Source: an uncultured bacterium (GTDB taxonomy: Bacteria; Patescibacteriota; JACMRA01). From it: a DNA stretch of 52,477 bases. The stretch lies in assembly GCA_963784355.1 (NCBI GenBank), contig CAWAQU010000005.1, forward strand, positions 1 to 52,477, in the 5' to 3' direction. Positions within the stretch are counted from its first letter, which is position 1, and each line of letters starts with the position of its first letter. Shown in pieces: positions 18,018 through 28,005 of the stretch. Below the pieces are notes generated by a model. It was not told the origin of the DNA. It searched no databases and saw only the letters and a list, made by a program, of their open reading frames with translations. The position numbers were made by a program, and so were the translations under genes.

Positions 18018-19934
18018 ATGTCTATTGTACTTGGAATCGATCTTGGAACCACAAACTCGGCAATGGCCTATGTGGTAGGGGGAAAACCTACAATTATTGA
18101 AAATGCTGAAGGAGCTCGTATTACTCCATCCATCTTTTATTACAATTCTAAAGATAGCTCAGTAGTAATTGGAGAAATTGCAAAAAGAAACAGTGTATTA
18201 AATCCTGAAAATACTTTTTATGAGGTAAAGAGATTTATCGGACGTTCTTTTGATGATGCTGAAGTAAAGAGTGATACTCAAATGCTTCCTTACAAAGTTC
18301 TTGAGAGAAATAGCAAAGTCAAACTTGCTACAAAAGAAGACAAGGAATACTCACCAGAAGAAATCTCCGCTGCTGTTTTGAGAAAATTGAAGACTGATGC
18401 TGAGGCTAAATTGGGTCAGTCAATCACAGAAGCTGTTATTACAGTACCTGCTTATTTTAATGATGCTCAAAGACAAGCTACTAAAGATGCTGGAGAAATA
18501 GCCGGATTGAAAGTGCTCAGAATTATCAATGAACCTACAGCAGCCGCTCTTGCTTATGGATTTGAAAAAGGTAAGGATGAAAAGGTATTGGTATACGATC
18601 TTGGAGGAGGTACATTTGACGTAACTGTTTTAGAAATTTCCAACGAAACTATCGAAGTACTAGCTACCAACGGAGACACTCATTTAGGAGGTAAAGATTT
18701 TGATAGAGCGATCATTGAATATATTATTGCTGAATTCAAAAAAGAAACAGGAATAGATTTAATCAATGATAAAGCAGCAAAGCAACGTATCAAAGAAGCT
18801 GCTGAAAAAGCAAAACATGATCTTTCCACTCAAACTGAACATCAGATCAATCTGCCGTTTATCACTATGGGAGCTGATAATCAGCCACAACATTTATTGC
18901 TCAACATTACTAGAGCTAAACTTGAGGATTTAGTGAGAGAATTGGTCAATCGTTCAATGGAGCCGGTTAAAAAAGCCCTTGCTGATGCAAACTTAGATAA
19001 GACCCAAATCAATGAAATCATCATGGTGGGTGGAATGACCAGAATGCCGCTTGTACAAAAAAGTGTAGAAGAGTTTTTCGGTAAAAAGCCTAATTTATCA
19101 GTTAATCCTGATGAAGTCGTGGCCATGGGTGCAGCAATTCAAGGGGCTGTTTTAAAAGGTGATGTAAAAGATATATTGCTTTTAGATGTGACTCCGCTTA
19201 CTTTAGCTATTGAAACAGCTGGAGGTATTGCTACAGGAATGATCCCAAGAAATACTACTATTCCTACAAGTAAAACTCAAATTTTCTCTACTTTTGCTGA
19301 TAACCAAACAGCAGTAGATGTACATGTAGTACAAGGTGAAAGACCACTTGCCGTAGACAACAAATCTCTTGGTAAATTTACATTATCCGGAATTGCTCCT
19401 GCGCCTCGCGGTATTCCACAAATTGAAGTAACTTTTGATCTTGATGCAAACGGTATTTTGATGGTTACTGCATCAGACAAAGGAACAGGAAAGAAAGCAA
19501 ACATCACAATCACCGGTTCTTCTACATTATCCGAGGATGAAAAACAGAGAGCTATTGAAGAAGCTGAAAGACAGAGGGATGCAGATTTGGCTAAGAAGGC
19601 TAAAATTGACTCCAAAAATAATGCCGATGCAATTATATTCCAAACCGAAAAATTGGTTTCAGATATGGGAGATAAATTAGAATCAGCAGACAAAGAAGAG
19701 CTAAACAAAATAAAAGGAGAACTAGAAGTCTTGGTTAAAAAAGATGATGCAACCAAAGAAGATTTGGAAAGCAAAACTAAGGAATTGCAAGATAAGTTGA
19801 TGAAAATAGGTGAGAAAATTTACTCTGCCTCTTCAGCGTCAGCAAATCCACAACCTGAAAATACTACAGAAACTCCTACAAGTGAGACTAGCACAGGTCC
19901 AGAAGTAGACGTAGATACTACACCAAAAGCTTAG
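18018..19934 (+). CDS. dnaK: Chaperone DnaK (Hsp70)
   Basis: GIDLGTTNS, TVPAYFNDAQRQATKDAG, DLGGGTFD, GIAPAPRGIPQIEVTFD. Confidence 0.99.
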   Translation: MSIVLGIDLGTTNSAMAYVVGGKPTIIENAEGARITPSIFYYNSKDSSVVIGEIAKRNSVLNPENTFYEVKRFIGRSFDDAEVKSDTQMLPYKVLERNSKVKLATKEDKEYSPEEISAAVLRKLKTDAEAKLGQSITEAVITVPAYFNDAQRQATKDAGEIAGLKVLRIINEPTAAALAYGFEKGKDEKVLVYDLGGGTFDVTVLEISNETIEVLATNGDTHLGGKDFDRAIIEYIIAEFKKETGIDLINDKAAKQRIKEAAEKAKHDLSTQTEHQINLPFITMGADNQPQHLLLNITRAKLEDLVRELVNRSMEPVKKALADANLDKTQINEIIMVGGMTRMPLVQKSVEEFFGKKPNLSVNPDEVVAMGAAIQGAVLKGDVKDILLLDVTPLTLAIETAGGIATGMIPRNTTIPTSKTQIFSTFADNQTAVDVHVVQGERPLAVDNKSLGKFTLSGIAPAPRGIPQIEVTFDLDANGILMVTASDKGTGKKANITITGSSTLSEDEKQRAIEEAERQRDADLAKKAKIDSKNNADAIIFQTEKLVSDMGDKLESADKEELNKIKGELEVLVKKDDATKEDLESKTKELQDKLMKIGEKIYSASSASANPQPENTTETPTSETSTGPEVDVDTTPKA

Positions 19935-19964
19935 TACAATAGTTAATTTATATACAATTAATTT

Positions 19965-19989
19965 GCCCTCCATTACGGAGGGTCTTTTG
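19965..19989 (+). terminator. Intrinsic terminator after dnaK
   Basis: GCCCTCC-attac-GGAGGGT hairpin followed by CTTTT. Confidence 0.75.
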
Positions 19990-20077
19990 TTTGCAATAAT
20001 TGAATGCTAGGATTAAGTAAAATTCCCTTGATTATTTGTTGTTTCTTTGCTATATACTTCTATATAACGATATAATT

Positions 20078-20236
20078 ATGCAATTCAATTTTACATTTAC
20101 AGAAGCAGAAGCAAATTTAATTTTACAGGCATTGGGTAAATTGCCAGCTGAGATGACCATGGAATTAATTTTAAAATTACAAACAGAAGCAAAAAAGCAA
20201 ATCGAGGCTTCACAACAAAATCCTCAGCAGGAATAA
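20078..20236 (+). CDS. Small helical hypothetical protein (52 aa)
   Basis: ATG at 20078 after an AT-rich leader; amphipathic MQFNFTFTEAEANLILQALGKLP... sequence. Confidence 0.7.
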   Translation: MQFNFTFTEAEANLILQALGKLPAEMTMELILKLQTEAKKQIEASQQNPQQE

Positions 20237-20281
20237 TTCAAAGTACAAAAAATAATAAGCTAGTAGTATTATAGTATATTG

Positions 20282-21067
20282 CTAGTTCTTTTCTTGTAGT
20301 TTTCTAACAACATTCAAGCCCAGTTTTCTGGGTATAAATTTGCTTGCAAAAGCTAAAAACCTATTTCTAAAACCAGGTATAATCACTAGTTTATTTTTCA
20401 TTAAAGCATCATAACCAGCTTTAGCTACTGACTCTGCAGTAGAATTTCTCATATTAAAAAGTGGTAGATCCGAAACTCCTGCTCGTTTATCAAAATTAGT
20501 TTCAGTAGGGCCGGGACAAAGAGTGGTGACCGACACCCCTGTATTATTTAATTCACTGGCAATTGCAGTACTGAATGAAAGGACAAATGATTTTGTAGCA
20601 TAATAAGTTGCCATAAATGGTCCAGGCTGAAAAGACGCAGTTGAGGCTACGTTGAGAATCTTACCGAATTTTCTATCAACCATTTGAGGTAAAAATAGGT
20701 GGGTAAGCTCCACAAGGCTTGTGATATTAAGTTGTATCTCATTTAGTTCATCTTGAATTGGTAACTTATAAAATGCCCCGGAGGTTGCAAATCCTGCATT
20801 GTTTACTAAAATATCTACAGCCAACCCTTTATTTTTAACCTCCTCAAATATTTCACTAGATCCTTTGGGATCACTAAGATCTTTGGTAATCACAGTAGTA
20901 TTTATATGATATTTTTCACTTAAATCAGCGGCTATTTCATTCAACTTTGCTTCATTTCTGGCAATTAAAATTAAGTTGTAATTATTTTGAGCAAAAACTT
21001 TAGCTAATTCCAACCCAATCCCCCCAGAAGCTCCGGTAATTAGGACATTTTGTAATTTATTATGCAT
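20282..21067 (-). CDS. Short-chain dehydrogenase/reductase (SDR)
   Basis: TGASGGIG, LVNNAG, YxxxK (YYATK). Confidence 0.95.
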   Translation of the reverse strand: MHNKLQNVLITGASGGIGLELAKVFAQNNYNLILIARNEAKLNEIAADLSEKYHINTTVITKDLSDPKGSSEIFEEVKNKGLAVDILVNNAGFATSGAFYKLPIQDELNEIQLNITSLVELTHLFLPQMVDRKFGKILNVASTASFQPGPFMATYYATKSFVLSFSTAIASELNNTGVSVTTLCPGPTETNFDKRAGVSDLPLFNMRNSTAESVAKAGYDALMKNKLVIIPGFRNRFLAFASKFIPRKLGLNVVRKLQEKN

Positions 21068-21291
21068 ATTTTGAATTATTTTATTAAACTTAAGCTTTTA
21101 TAGCTTGTGTGTCAATCAGACTTGATTGTTTTATTTAGTAATTTAGCTATAAGTTTTCAATTTAGATTGTGATAAAAGTCTTATGAATTGGACAAGGTTT
21201 ATAAAAACAGCTATAATAACTTCAATTTACTCGTGTTAAAACAACCTCAATTGGAATTTCAATATAAAAAGAAGTGATTTTATAGACTTGT

Positions 21292-22353
21292 ATGTTTAGA
21301 ACAAATGAAGAGATTAGTAAAAAATATTTTCCTATACTGAAAAAGTTTTTCAGGTACAATAAAACTGCCAAAATTAAACCGGTTGACTTTGATAAACCCT
21401 GGTGGCAGATTATTTGGGACCAAAAATTTGCCTACTTAATGTTTTTATTTGGAGAGTTATTATCAAGCATATTTTTATCTCTAGTCCCTTTAATTATAGG
21501 TTTTATAGTAAACTCTGGGCAATATTATCAGTTTTCCTATCTGATTTTGACTTGGCTTTCAATCATGGTACTGTTGTTTGTAACTAATTATTTTTACATG
21601 GCAGCAATGGCTAGCGTCGAAACGAGCGTGCATTATTATGCAGTTAGATTTTTTCTTACTGTTGATCCGATTTTTCACTCTACGCGCAGTAGTGGACAGG
21701 TAATTTCCAAAATAAACAGGGGCAGTGAGTCATATGAGGCTGTTACTGATTTGTTGACTTCGGAAATATTCAGAATAGTGGTAAAAGTACTTACTTTAGG
21801 TATTACCATAATAACCTTCAATCAAATTTTAGGCTGGTTTAGCTTAATTAGCTCTAGCTTGATAATTATAATTTCCATTGTTTCTAAAATACTGATTACA
21901 CTTGTTACTTCCGCAAGCGGGATTATTGACGGTGATGATTTGAAAGCTACGGATTTGGAAACACTTAGAGAAATATATCTGGTCAGATCAGCGTTTGCTG
22001 GTCCCGAGCAGGACAAAAAAATTAGATTTAAAAGTCACAAATTTATGTCTACTTTGGCTACATACTGGTTTAGTAATACAGTTATAGACTTTGTTGTCAG
22101 AATTATTTATATTCTTACTGTTGCAATTTTCGGATATATTTTATTTGATCTGCTGCAGAATGGAAAAATTGATCTGGTTATTGGTTTGTCTATTATGGTT
22201 TCCTATATAGCAAACTCTAATGATATAATCAGAATAGGTCAGTATTTTGAAAGATTGACTAGCAGAATCATGCAAATCCGGGATATGTTTAAATTCATTA
22301 GGGAATTTGGCAAACAAACTTATCCTGTGTTGGGTGAGAGAGATTTAAAGTAG
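21292..22353 (+). CDS. Stand-alone ABC exporter transmembrane domain (TMD1)
   Basis: About 6 TM; FFLTVDPIFHSTRSSGQVISKINRG resembles the exporter ICL motif; ends FGKQTYPVLG; no NBD. Confidence 0.82.
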   Translation: MFRTNEEISKKYFPILKKFFRYNKTAKIKPVDFDKPWWQIIWDQKFAYLMFLFGELLSSIFLSLVPLIIGFIVNSGQYYQFSYLILTWLSIMVLLFVTNYFYMAAMASVETSVHYYAVRFFLTVDPIFHSTRSSGQVISKINRGSESYEAVTDLLTSEIFRIVVKVLTLGITIITFNQILGWFSLISSSLIIIISIVSKILITLVTSASGIIDGDDLKATDLETLREIYLVRSAFAGPEQDKKIRFKSHKFMSTLATYWFSNTVIDFVVRIIYILTVAIFGYILFDLLQNGKIDLVIGLSIMVSYIANSNDIIRIGQYFERLTSRIMQIRDMFKFIREFGKQTYPVLGERDLK

Positions 22354-22380
22354 ATTTAATACTTGTCACGCTGTCAATCC

Positions 22381-22409
22381 TTGTCAAAACCACAAATATT
22401 TGCTATTGT
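22381..22409 (+). promoter_or_regulatory. Putative sigma70 promoter
   Basis: TTGTCA-17 nt-TATTGT with TGn, 13 nt before ATG 22423. Confidence 0.5.
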
Positions 22410-22422
22410 AAAAGAATCGCAT

Positions 22423-23043
22423 ATGAACTTACCAAAATTTGGGTTAGGGAAATTTGAAACATCTGAAAACCCACGACAATCAGTTGAAAAGCAAAAAGAT
22501 AAAAAATTTACCAAAGATGAAATTAAGGCTTTACGTGCATTTAGAAATTTAGATAAAACGTTAGCTGTTGTAAAAGAAAGGCAAGAAGTCGGAAATTTAA
22601 GTGATCAAGAAACGATTAAAATGTTTGTGGAAGCAATAATTAATGGAAAGAAATTTACCATTTCATATACAGCTCTCGAGGGCTATTTAAACAAATATTT
22701 ATCTTTTGGCTCAAAAGGAGAAGCAAAGCTTTTTAGAGACCAACTTAAATCACGATATGAAGAAAGAGATGTAGAATTGGGTAATGTTGTAGATATTGGC
22801 ATACCGGAAATTCAGGCCAAACTTATAAGACGTGAGCAGGGAAGGGCATTAGAAATTACAGCAGCCCTTACTGCAATAACTATAGCTTTAAGCGTTGGAA
22901 TACAAGCTATTACACCAACAAATAAAATGCAAGCTGAGAAGAAATATAATGAAACAAAAGAGCAACAAACGCATGAAGTGGATTTAAAAACTCCCAACCC
23001 ACATTTTGAACAAAATACTGATCCTAAGCACGAAGTTGACTAG
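22423..23043 (+). CDS. Hypothetical protein with one C-terminal hydrophobic helix
   Basis: ATG at 22423 (MNLPKF); basic N-terminal part; ITAALTAITIALSVGIQAI hydrophobic stretch. Confidence 0.7.
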   Translation: MNLPKFGLGKFETSENPRQSVEKQKDKKFTKDEIKALRAFRNLDKTLAVVKERQEVGNLSDQETIKMFVEAIINGKKFTISYTALEGYLNKYLSFGSKGEAKLFRDQLKSRYEERDVELGNVVDIGIPEIQAKLIRREQGRALEITAALTAITIALSVGIQAITPTNKMQAEKKYNETKEQQTHEVDLKTPNPHFEQNTDPKHEVD

Positions 23044-23072
23044 ATATTTAAAAACATAAAAAGTACTAGTTA

Positions 23073-23834
23073 ATGTCATACTCAGGCTATTCAAACAAAT
23101 GGGCAAATAAGAAAAAAAGTAATAAACATTTTGCTCATCAGTATTTGGAAAAACCTGCTATGTATTCCAAGTTACCTGATTTGAATGGAAAAAAAGTGCT
23201 TTGTATAGGTTGTGGTAGTGGAGAAGAGTGTGGATATCTCAAAAAAGCCGGCGCAAGTTATATACTTGGAATAGACAATTCTGAAGAGTTAATATCAATT
23301 GCAAAAAATAGTTACCCTGATTTGGAATTTCAAAACTTAGATGTACAGGAAATCGACTTTGAAGAAAATTCCTATGACTTTATTTTTTCTAGCCTCACTC
23401 TGCACTATCTTGAGAATTGGCCTGAACTATTTCAGCGTTTAGCAAAAATATTGAAACCTGGCGGCAGACTTTTATTTTCTAGCCACCACCCTGTAAAATG
23501 GGGGTCCGAAACTATCAGAAGTAAAGAATTTAATGAGTTTAAACTTGGCTATAAGAAGTTAAAAGACGGAAGTGATAAGTTTGAAATTTACGGAGACTAT
23601 CTAAATTTTAGACGTATTGAAGATAAATTATTTGGAGAATTGGAGGTAAAATACTATCACCGTAGCTTTTCTCAAATGTACAAAGAAATTACAGAAAATA
23701 GCTTTAAAGTATTGGATATCATTGAGCCAAAACCCACAGAAGAAAGTAAAGGTATCAAATTAGACTTTTACCAAGTGTATTCAAAAATCCCACTTTTTAT
23801 AATCTTCGAGCTGGAGAATACAAAATTAACTTAG
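23073..23834 (+). CDS. Class I SAM-dependent methyltransferase
   Basis: VLCIGCGSG, GIDNS, YDFIFSSLTLHY, LKPGGRL. Confidence 0.93.
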   Translation: MSYSGYSNKWANKKKSNKHFAHQYLEKPAMYSKLPDLNGKKVLCIGCGSGEECGYLKKAGASYILGIDNSEELISIAKNSYPDLEFQNLDVQEIDFEENSYDFIFSSLTLHYLENWPELFQRLAKILKPGGRLLFSSHHPVKWGSETIRSKEFNEFKLGYKKLKDGSDKFEIYGDYLNFRRIEDKLFGELEVKYYHRSFSQMYKEITENSFKVLDIIEPKPTEESKGIKLDFYQVYSKIPLFIIFELENTKLT

Positions 23835-23914
23835 CTATCTGCTTTGAACTAAACAAAAATTCCATTGAGTAAAGCTAATTAATTCCTTAGCTAACTAAAC
23901 ACATCACCAAACCA

Positions 23915-23937
23915 CAAATATATCATAAATGAGATAA
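23915..23937. repeat. 23-bp motif CAAATATATCATAAATGAGATAA, copy 1
   Basis: Exact match to 25009..25031 and 29063..29085; contains imperfect palindrome TATATCAT-AA-ATGAGATA. Confidence 0.9.
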
Positions 23938-23951
23938 ATATTTACAACAAT

Positions 23952-25022
23952 ATGTTCTGGAAAGACGAAAAATTTCAACAAAATTACTACAATTTCTTTT
24001 ACAAGGTTTTAGGCTTTGAGAAAGATACTAAAATATTGCCAGTCAATTTTGAAAAACCCTGGTATCAGATTATTTTAGACCAAAAATGGGCTTTTTCACT
24101 GGAGATTGTCTCGGAAATTATACAGAGTGTATATGGAGCCTTAACGCCTTTAATCCTTAGTAAAGCAATCTTTGATCAAAATGTATGGATAATCATTTAT
24201 TTTGCTTTGGGCTATTTGGTGCTGGAAATTTTAAATAGAATCATACTTCGGGTTCACACTATATTCGTGTTACAAAGCAGATTTAGTATAGCTTTTGCGG
24301 CTTACAAGTTTTTTCTTACTGTAGATCCGATTTTCCATACCACCAAATCTAGTGGTCAAATAACCAGTAAAATTCAATCAACTATGAATGATTTGGGTGA
24401 TTTGTTAAATCAATTGGTATCTAATATATTACCTGTAATTGTAGGTTTTACCACAGTAATTATCACAATAGGTAGTTACAACCGATATTTAGCTTTAATT
24501 GGTATTGTATCTTTTATACTAATTTCTGTAGTAAATGGAGGGCTTAATTATATTAACTCACTTATATTCAGCAAAAGGGTTATAAAAATGCGCGATAAAG
24601 CACTATCTGTAACCGTAGAAAATCTTCACCAAAACCAATTGATTAGGTCTGTATTTGCCGTAAACGAACAAGTTGGTAGAACTAGAGATGTACTAAAAAA
24701 ATTTATGGTAACCAGGGGTACTTCAGTGTTGAGTCATGGAATTGCCACCTCAATTACTAGAGTATTGTATATTAGCTCTGTTTTAATTCTTTCACTAACA
24801 ATTTTCAATTTGATAAAGTCAGGTAGTATGGAACAAAATCTAGGCCTAACTCTAATAATTACTTATGTAAACGGGTCTAGCCAAATACTTAGATTAGGCC
24901 AAACTATTAAAGATTTTGTAGAAAAATACACTAGTGTAACGGATCTATTCGAGTTTATACGAAGTTTCGGTAAGCAGTCCTACCCAGTACTAGAAGGAGA
25001 CGAAATTTCAAATATATCATAA
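23952..25022 (+). CDS. Stand-alone ABC exporter transmembrane domain (TMD2)
   Basis: FEKPWYQIILDQK, FFLTVDPIFHTTKSSG, FGKQSYPVLEG; no NBD. Confidence 0.82.
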   Translation: MFWKDEKFQQNYYNFFYKVLGFEKDTKILPVNFEKPWYQIILDQKWAFSLEIVSEIIQSVYGALTPLILSKAIFDQNVWIIIYFALGYLVLEILNRIILRVHTIFVLQSRFSIAFAAYKFFLTVDPIFHTTKSSGQITSKIQSTMNDLGDLLNQLVSNILPVIVGFTTVIITIGSYNRYLALIGIVSFILISVVNGGLNYINSLIFSKRVIKMRDKALSVTVENLHQNQLIRSVFAVNEQVGRTRDVLKKFMVTRGTSVLSHGIATSITRVLYISSVLILSLTIFNLIKSGSMEQNLGLTLIITYVNGSSQILRLGQTIKDFVEKYTSVTDLFEFIRSFGKQSYPVLEGDEISNIS

Positions 25023-25031
25023 ATGAGATAA
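25009..25031. repeat. 23-bp motif, copy 2
   Basis: Overlaps the TMD2 stop codon; ends 10 nt before the TMD3 ATG. Confidence 0.9.
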
Positions 25032-25041
25032 AAAATTCAGT

Positions 25042-26094
25042 ATGTCTGCCGTAAATAAATCCAAATTTAGTGAACAGTTTTTTGCTCAGGTAGTTAAAGT
25101 ATTTAAGTACAACAAAAGAATGAAATTGGTTGAGATTGATTTCTCAAAACCTTGGTGGGATTTATTGGTCCAGCAAAAGAGGCTAGTGTTTATCAATATT
25201 TTGAATCAATTATTTGGTAATGTGATTTTAGCTTTAGCTCCGGTTGCAGTTGCTTATGCTATTGAAAGACAAGATGTAAAATTATTTTTATTGATCATTT
25301 TGGTCATAGCTTTGTCACGGCTTTTAGCTCATATAATGTATTATTTTGACCCAATTTTGAGGATTCAGAGTAGTCAAAGTATTACCTACAGTGCAAACAA
25401 ATTTTTCCTTACCACGGATCCTATAAATCACAGCAACCGTAGCAGTGGAGAGATTATTAGCAAGATAAATAGAGCATCGACTGGTATTGAAAGCCTGCTG
25501 GGATTAGTCACTCTGGAGTTTTTAAGTCTGGGTTTTACAATAATAAGTACAGTATGGATTTTTTGGAATTTTAATTATATTTATGGATTGGTAGTTTTGG
25601 GTAGCCTAAGTTTTATAATATTTTTTAATATCATTTGTTTTTACTACAGGAGTAAGATACAAAAAATTATAATTAAATATGAAGATAAAGCCCAGACTAT
25701 CAATGTAGAAACTCTCCAGCAAACTCATTATATTAGGTCAGGATTTGCCACCCCCGAGCAAGCTGGAAAAATGTTTAGTGCCAACACAAAACGAATGTAT
25801 TTAGAAGCAAGCAGTTGGAGGCTTGCCGGATATATTATCAGCACAACCCAATTTTTATTTTTCATCAGTTTGGCAATTTTAGGTTATCTGATAATCACAA
25901 ATAAGGATGTGAATGTAGTAATTGCTGCATCTTTGTTGGTCAGCTACTTCAATATTGGCAATCAAATCTATTTCATCGGATATTCTGTAAATCAATTAAT
26001 AAAACACTATATTGGGATAACAGATCTTTATAGCTTCATCAGAAATTTTGGTAAACAAACTTATCCTGTACTTGAGGGGGATAATGCTAGTTAA
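25042..26094 (+). CDS. Stand-alone ABC exporter transmembrane domain (TMD3)
   Basis: FSKPWWDLLVQQK, FFLTTDPINHSNRSSG, FGKQTYPVLEG; no NBD. Confidence 0.82.
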   Translation: MSAVNKSKFSEQFFAQVVKVFKYNKRMKLVEIDFSKPWWDLLVQQKRLVFINILNQLFGNVILALAPVAVAYAIERQDVKLFLLIILVIALSRLLAHIMYYFDPILRIQSSQSITYSANKFFLTTDPINHSNRSSGEIISKINRASTGIESLLGLVTLEFLSLGFTIISTVWIFWNFNYIYGLVVLGSLSFIIFFNIICFYYRSKIQKIIIKYEDKAQTINVETLQQTHYIRSGFATPEQAGKMFSANTKRMYLEASSWRLAGYIISTTQFLFFISLAILGYLIITNKDVNVVIAASLLVSYFNIGNQIYFIGYSVNQLIKHYIGITDLYSFIRNFGKQTYPVLEGDNAS

Positions 26095-26173
26095 ACTCAG
26101 CTTAAGCTGTTCTTGACAATAGCCAAAAAGTATGGATCCAATATAAGTGGCGTTTATATTACATGAAAAAATC

Positions 26174-26776
26174 ATGAAGCCATTGATAGCAGAGTTCATT
26201 GGCAGCTTTTTGTTGGTGTTTTGCGGCCCTGTGACAGGAATTCTGTCGGGAGAGCAATTAGCAGTTTCACTGGTATTTGGCATTGTATTAAAAATACTTG
26301 CCGAGACATTAGGATCATATTCCGGGGGTAATTTTAATCCCTGGGTTACGCTAGGAACGGTAATGAATGGTAGTTTCAACCAAGGAGAAAAACTAGTTCC
26401 GGGTTACCTGTTAGTTCAATTTTTAGGTGGAATGCTTGCAGCCTCATTCATCTGGATATTATTTCCAGGTCAATTAGAAAAAGCCGCTACCTTACCATCT
26501 GTAAGTTACGGTTTTTGGTCTGTACTTTGGGTTGAATTCCTAATCACACTAGTACTACTTTTTAGTATTCTGCAAACAACAAGCACTACTGTAATTGGAG
26601 GGGCACTTTTTCTTGGAGTCTTTATTGGGTTTAAGGTATCGGGTGGATCATTGAACCTTGTTAGAACCTTACCGTTTATGATTCTTCTTGGAAATTTTAA
26701 CGGTTTTTGGGCCTACTTTTTCGGCCAATTTCTAGCCACGCTTGTGGCAGTAGGTATCACAAAACTTCTAAAATAA
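26174..26776 (+). CDS. MIP/aquaporin family channel with non-canonical NPA motifs
   Basis: AEFIGSF start, SGGNFNPWVT, VEFLIT, SGGSLNLVR, FWAYFFGQF. ATG at 26174 preferred over GTG at 26147. Confidence 0.88.
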   Translation: MKPLIAEFIGSFLLVFCGPVTGILSGEQLAVSLVFGIVLKILAETLGSYSGGNFNPWVTLGTVMNGSFNQGEKLVPGYLLVQFLGGMLAASFIWILFPGQLEKAATLPSVSYGFWSVLWVEFLITLVLLFSILQTTSTTVIGGALFLGVFIGFKVSGGSLNLVRTLPFMILLGNFNGFWAYFFGQFLATLVAVGITKLLK

Positions 26777-26805
26777 TTCGCTATCAATGAATAGCCATTA
26801 ATTAC

Positions 26806-26846
26806 AAGCATCTTGGCCGCATATGTTGTGTCGAGATGCTTTTTTC
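26806..26846 (+). terminator. Intrinsic terminator after the MIP gene
   Basis: AAGCATCTTGGC...GTCGAGATGCTT stem followed by a T tract. Confidence 0.7.
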
Positions 26847-26899
26847 TTAATTTTTATATAATTTCAACTTAACAAAAACTTAATCAATATAGTGAATTT

Positions 26900-27667
26900 A
26901 TGTTTACAGAACAACTTAAAAATAATAATCAGTATAAGCGTCTAGTAGGAGCAGCTTTAACTTGTCTAGCAAGCTTTTCAATTGCTGGCTGCAAGGCTCC
27001 ACAAATGCCTGTACAACAACTAGATAGTCCCCAAGTCAAGCAACAACTCGTTCAAAATAAACAAGATAGAATCGAACAGGCTCAGGAGGCAGTTAAAAGG
27101 CTGCAGCAGGAAAAAGAATCTTTAAAAAGACAATCACAATTTTCAACTGGAATTAACATAATCGACAAGTTCAAAAATAAGGTTATTGATGTTCGATCAC
27201 CATTTACCCAAAAAGCTTTAGTGAAAAAACAGCAGGAAATTCCAAAATTACAGTCAGAGCTTGAACAAATTAAAGTTAATTCATCCACTAGGAATAATCC
27301 CCAACAAACTGTTCAAAAAGGAATTGAAAAGACTAAACAAGTGGTTGGTAATGTTGTTAATAAAATCCCCGTAATATCCAATAATAAAAATCCTGATATG
27401 AAAGCTCAGCTTACTAGATTAAGTCAAGCTATAGAAAAGATAGGAAAAACCCCGGTAATTCTACCAATTGTAGGGCAAAAAGAGATTAATGGTAAAATAA
27501 TTAAATTTGTTTCTTTTAATGAAAATTCTAAAGTAAGATTATTTACTCTTCAGCATGCAGTAGACAATAATTTTATTCATGGTTCTGAAGCTCAAGTTAA
27601 AGCATTATGGCAAAATGGAAATTTAAGAATAAACAGCCAAGGTAGTGTTGAATTTGTTGCAAAATAA
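26900..27667 (+). CDS. Putative lipoprotein/secreted coiled-coil protein
   Basis: Hydrophobic stretch ending IAGC (lipobox-like), then Q/K-rich coiled coil. Confidence 0.65.
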   Translation: MFTEQLKNNNQYKRLVGAALTCLASFSIAGCKAPQMPVQQLDSPQVKQQLVQNKQDRIEQAQEAVKRLQQEKESLKRQSQFSTGINIIDKFKNKVIDVRSPFTQKALVKKQQEIPKLQSELEQIKVNSSTRNNPQQTVQKGIEKTKQVVGNVVNKIPVISNNKNPDMKAQLTRLSQAIEKIGKTPVILPIVGQKEINGKIIKFVSFNENSKVRLFTLQHAVDNNFIHGSEAQVKALWQNGNLRINSQGSVEFVAK

Positions 27668-27695
27668 TTAAATCAAATCCTGTAGTATTAATTTT

Positions 27696-27718
27696 AGCCG
27701 GGTTTGTCCCGGTTTTTT
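27696..27718 (+). terminator. Intrinsic terminator
   Basis: AGCCGGG-tttgt-CCCGGTT hairpin plus TTTT. Confidence 0.75.
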
Positions 27719-27787
27719 ACATTGGAAATATGCATTTTGCTCAAAGGCTAATAAAGATGTTTTTCTTCTTATAAGGCTCACAAAGTA

Positions 27788-27816
27788 TTGACAAAAGCAG
27801 CAATTCATGCTACTAT
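27788..27816 (+). promoter_or_regulatory. Strong sigma70 promoter upstream of TMD4-NBD
   Basis: TTGACA-17 nt-TACTAT with TGn extended -10. Confidence 0.7.
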
Positions 27817-28005
27817 AGACACAATTTAATCATTCACTTACAAGACACTCCTTAAATAGATTCTCATGTCTCTTCTAATCTACACTAGATAACTCAACTT
27901 TTTTGTACCTCCATAATTTGATATCTTAATCTAGTATTTTGATACTCCACAATCCTTGAAAAGGACAATTTCCCTGCTTTTTACAACTTAATTACATAAT
28001 TATTT

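Noticed and set aside
460-19774. Many short ORFs overlapping long genes, mostly antisense (e.g. 4627..5016, 19277..19774)
   Set aside because: Shadow ORFs of long genes with no motifs of their own.
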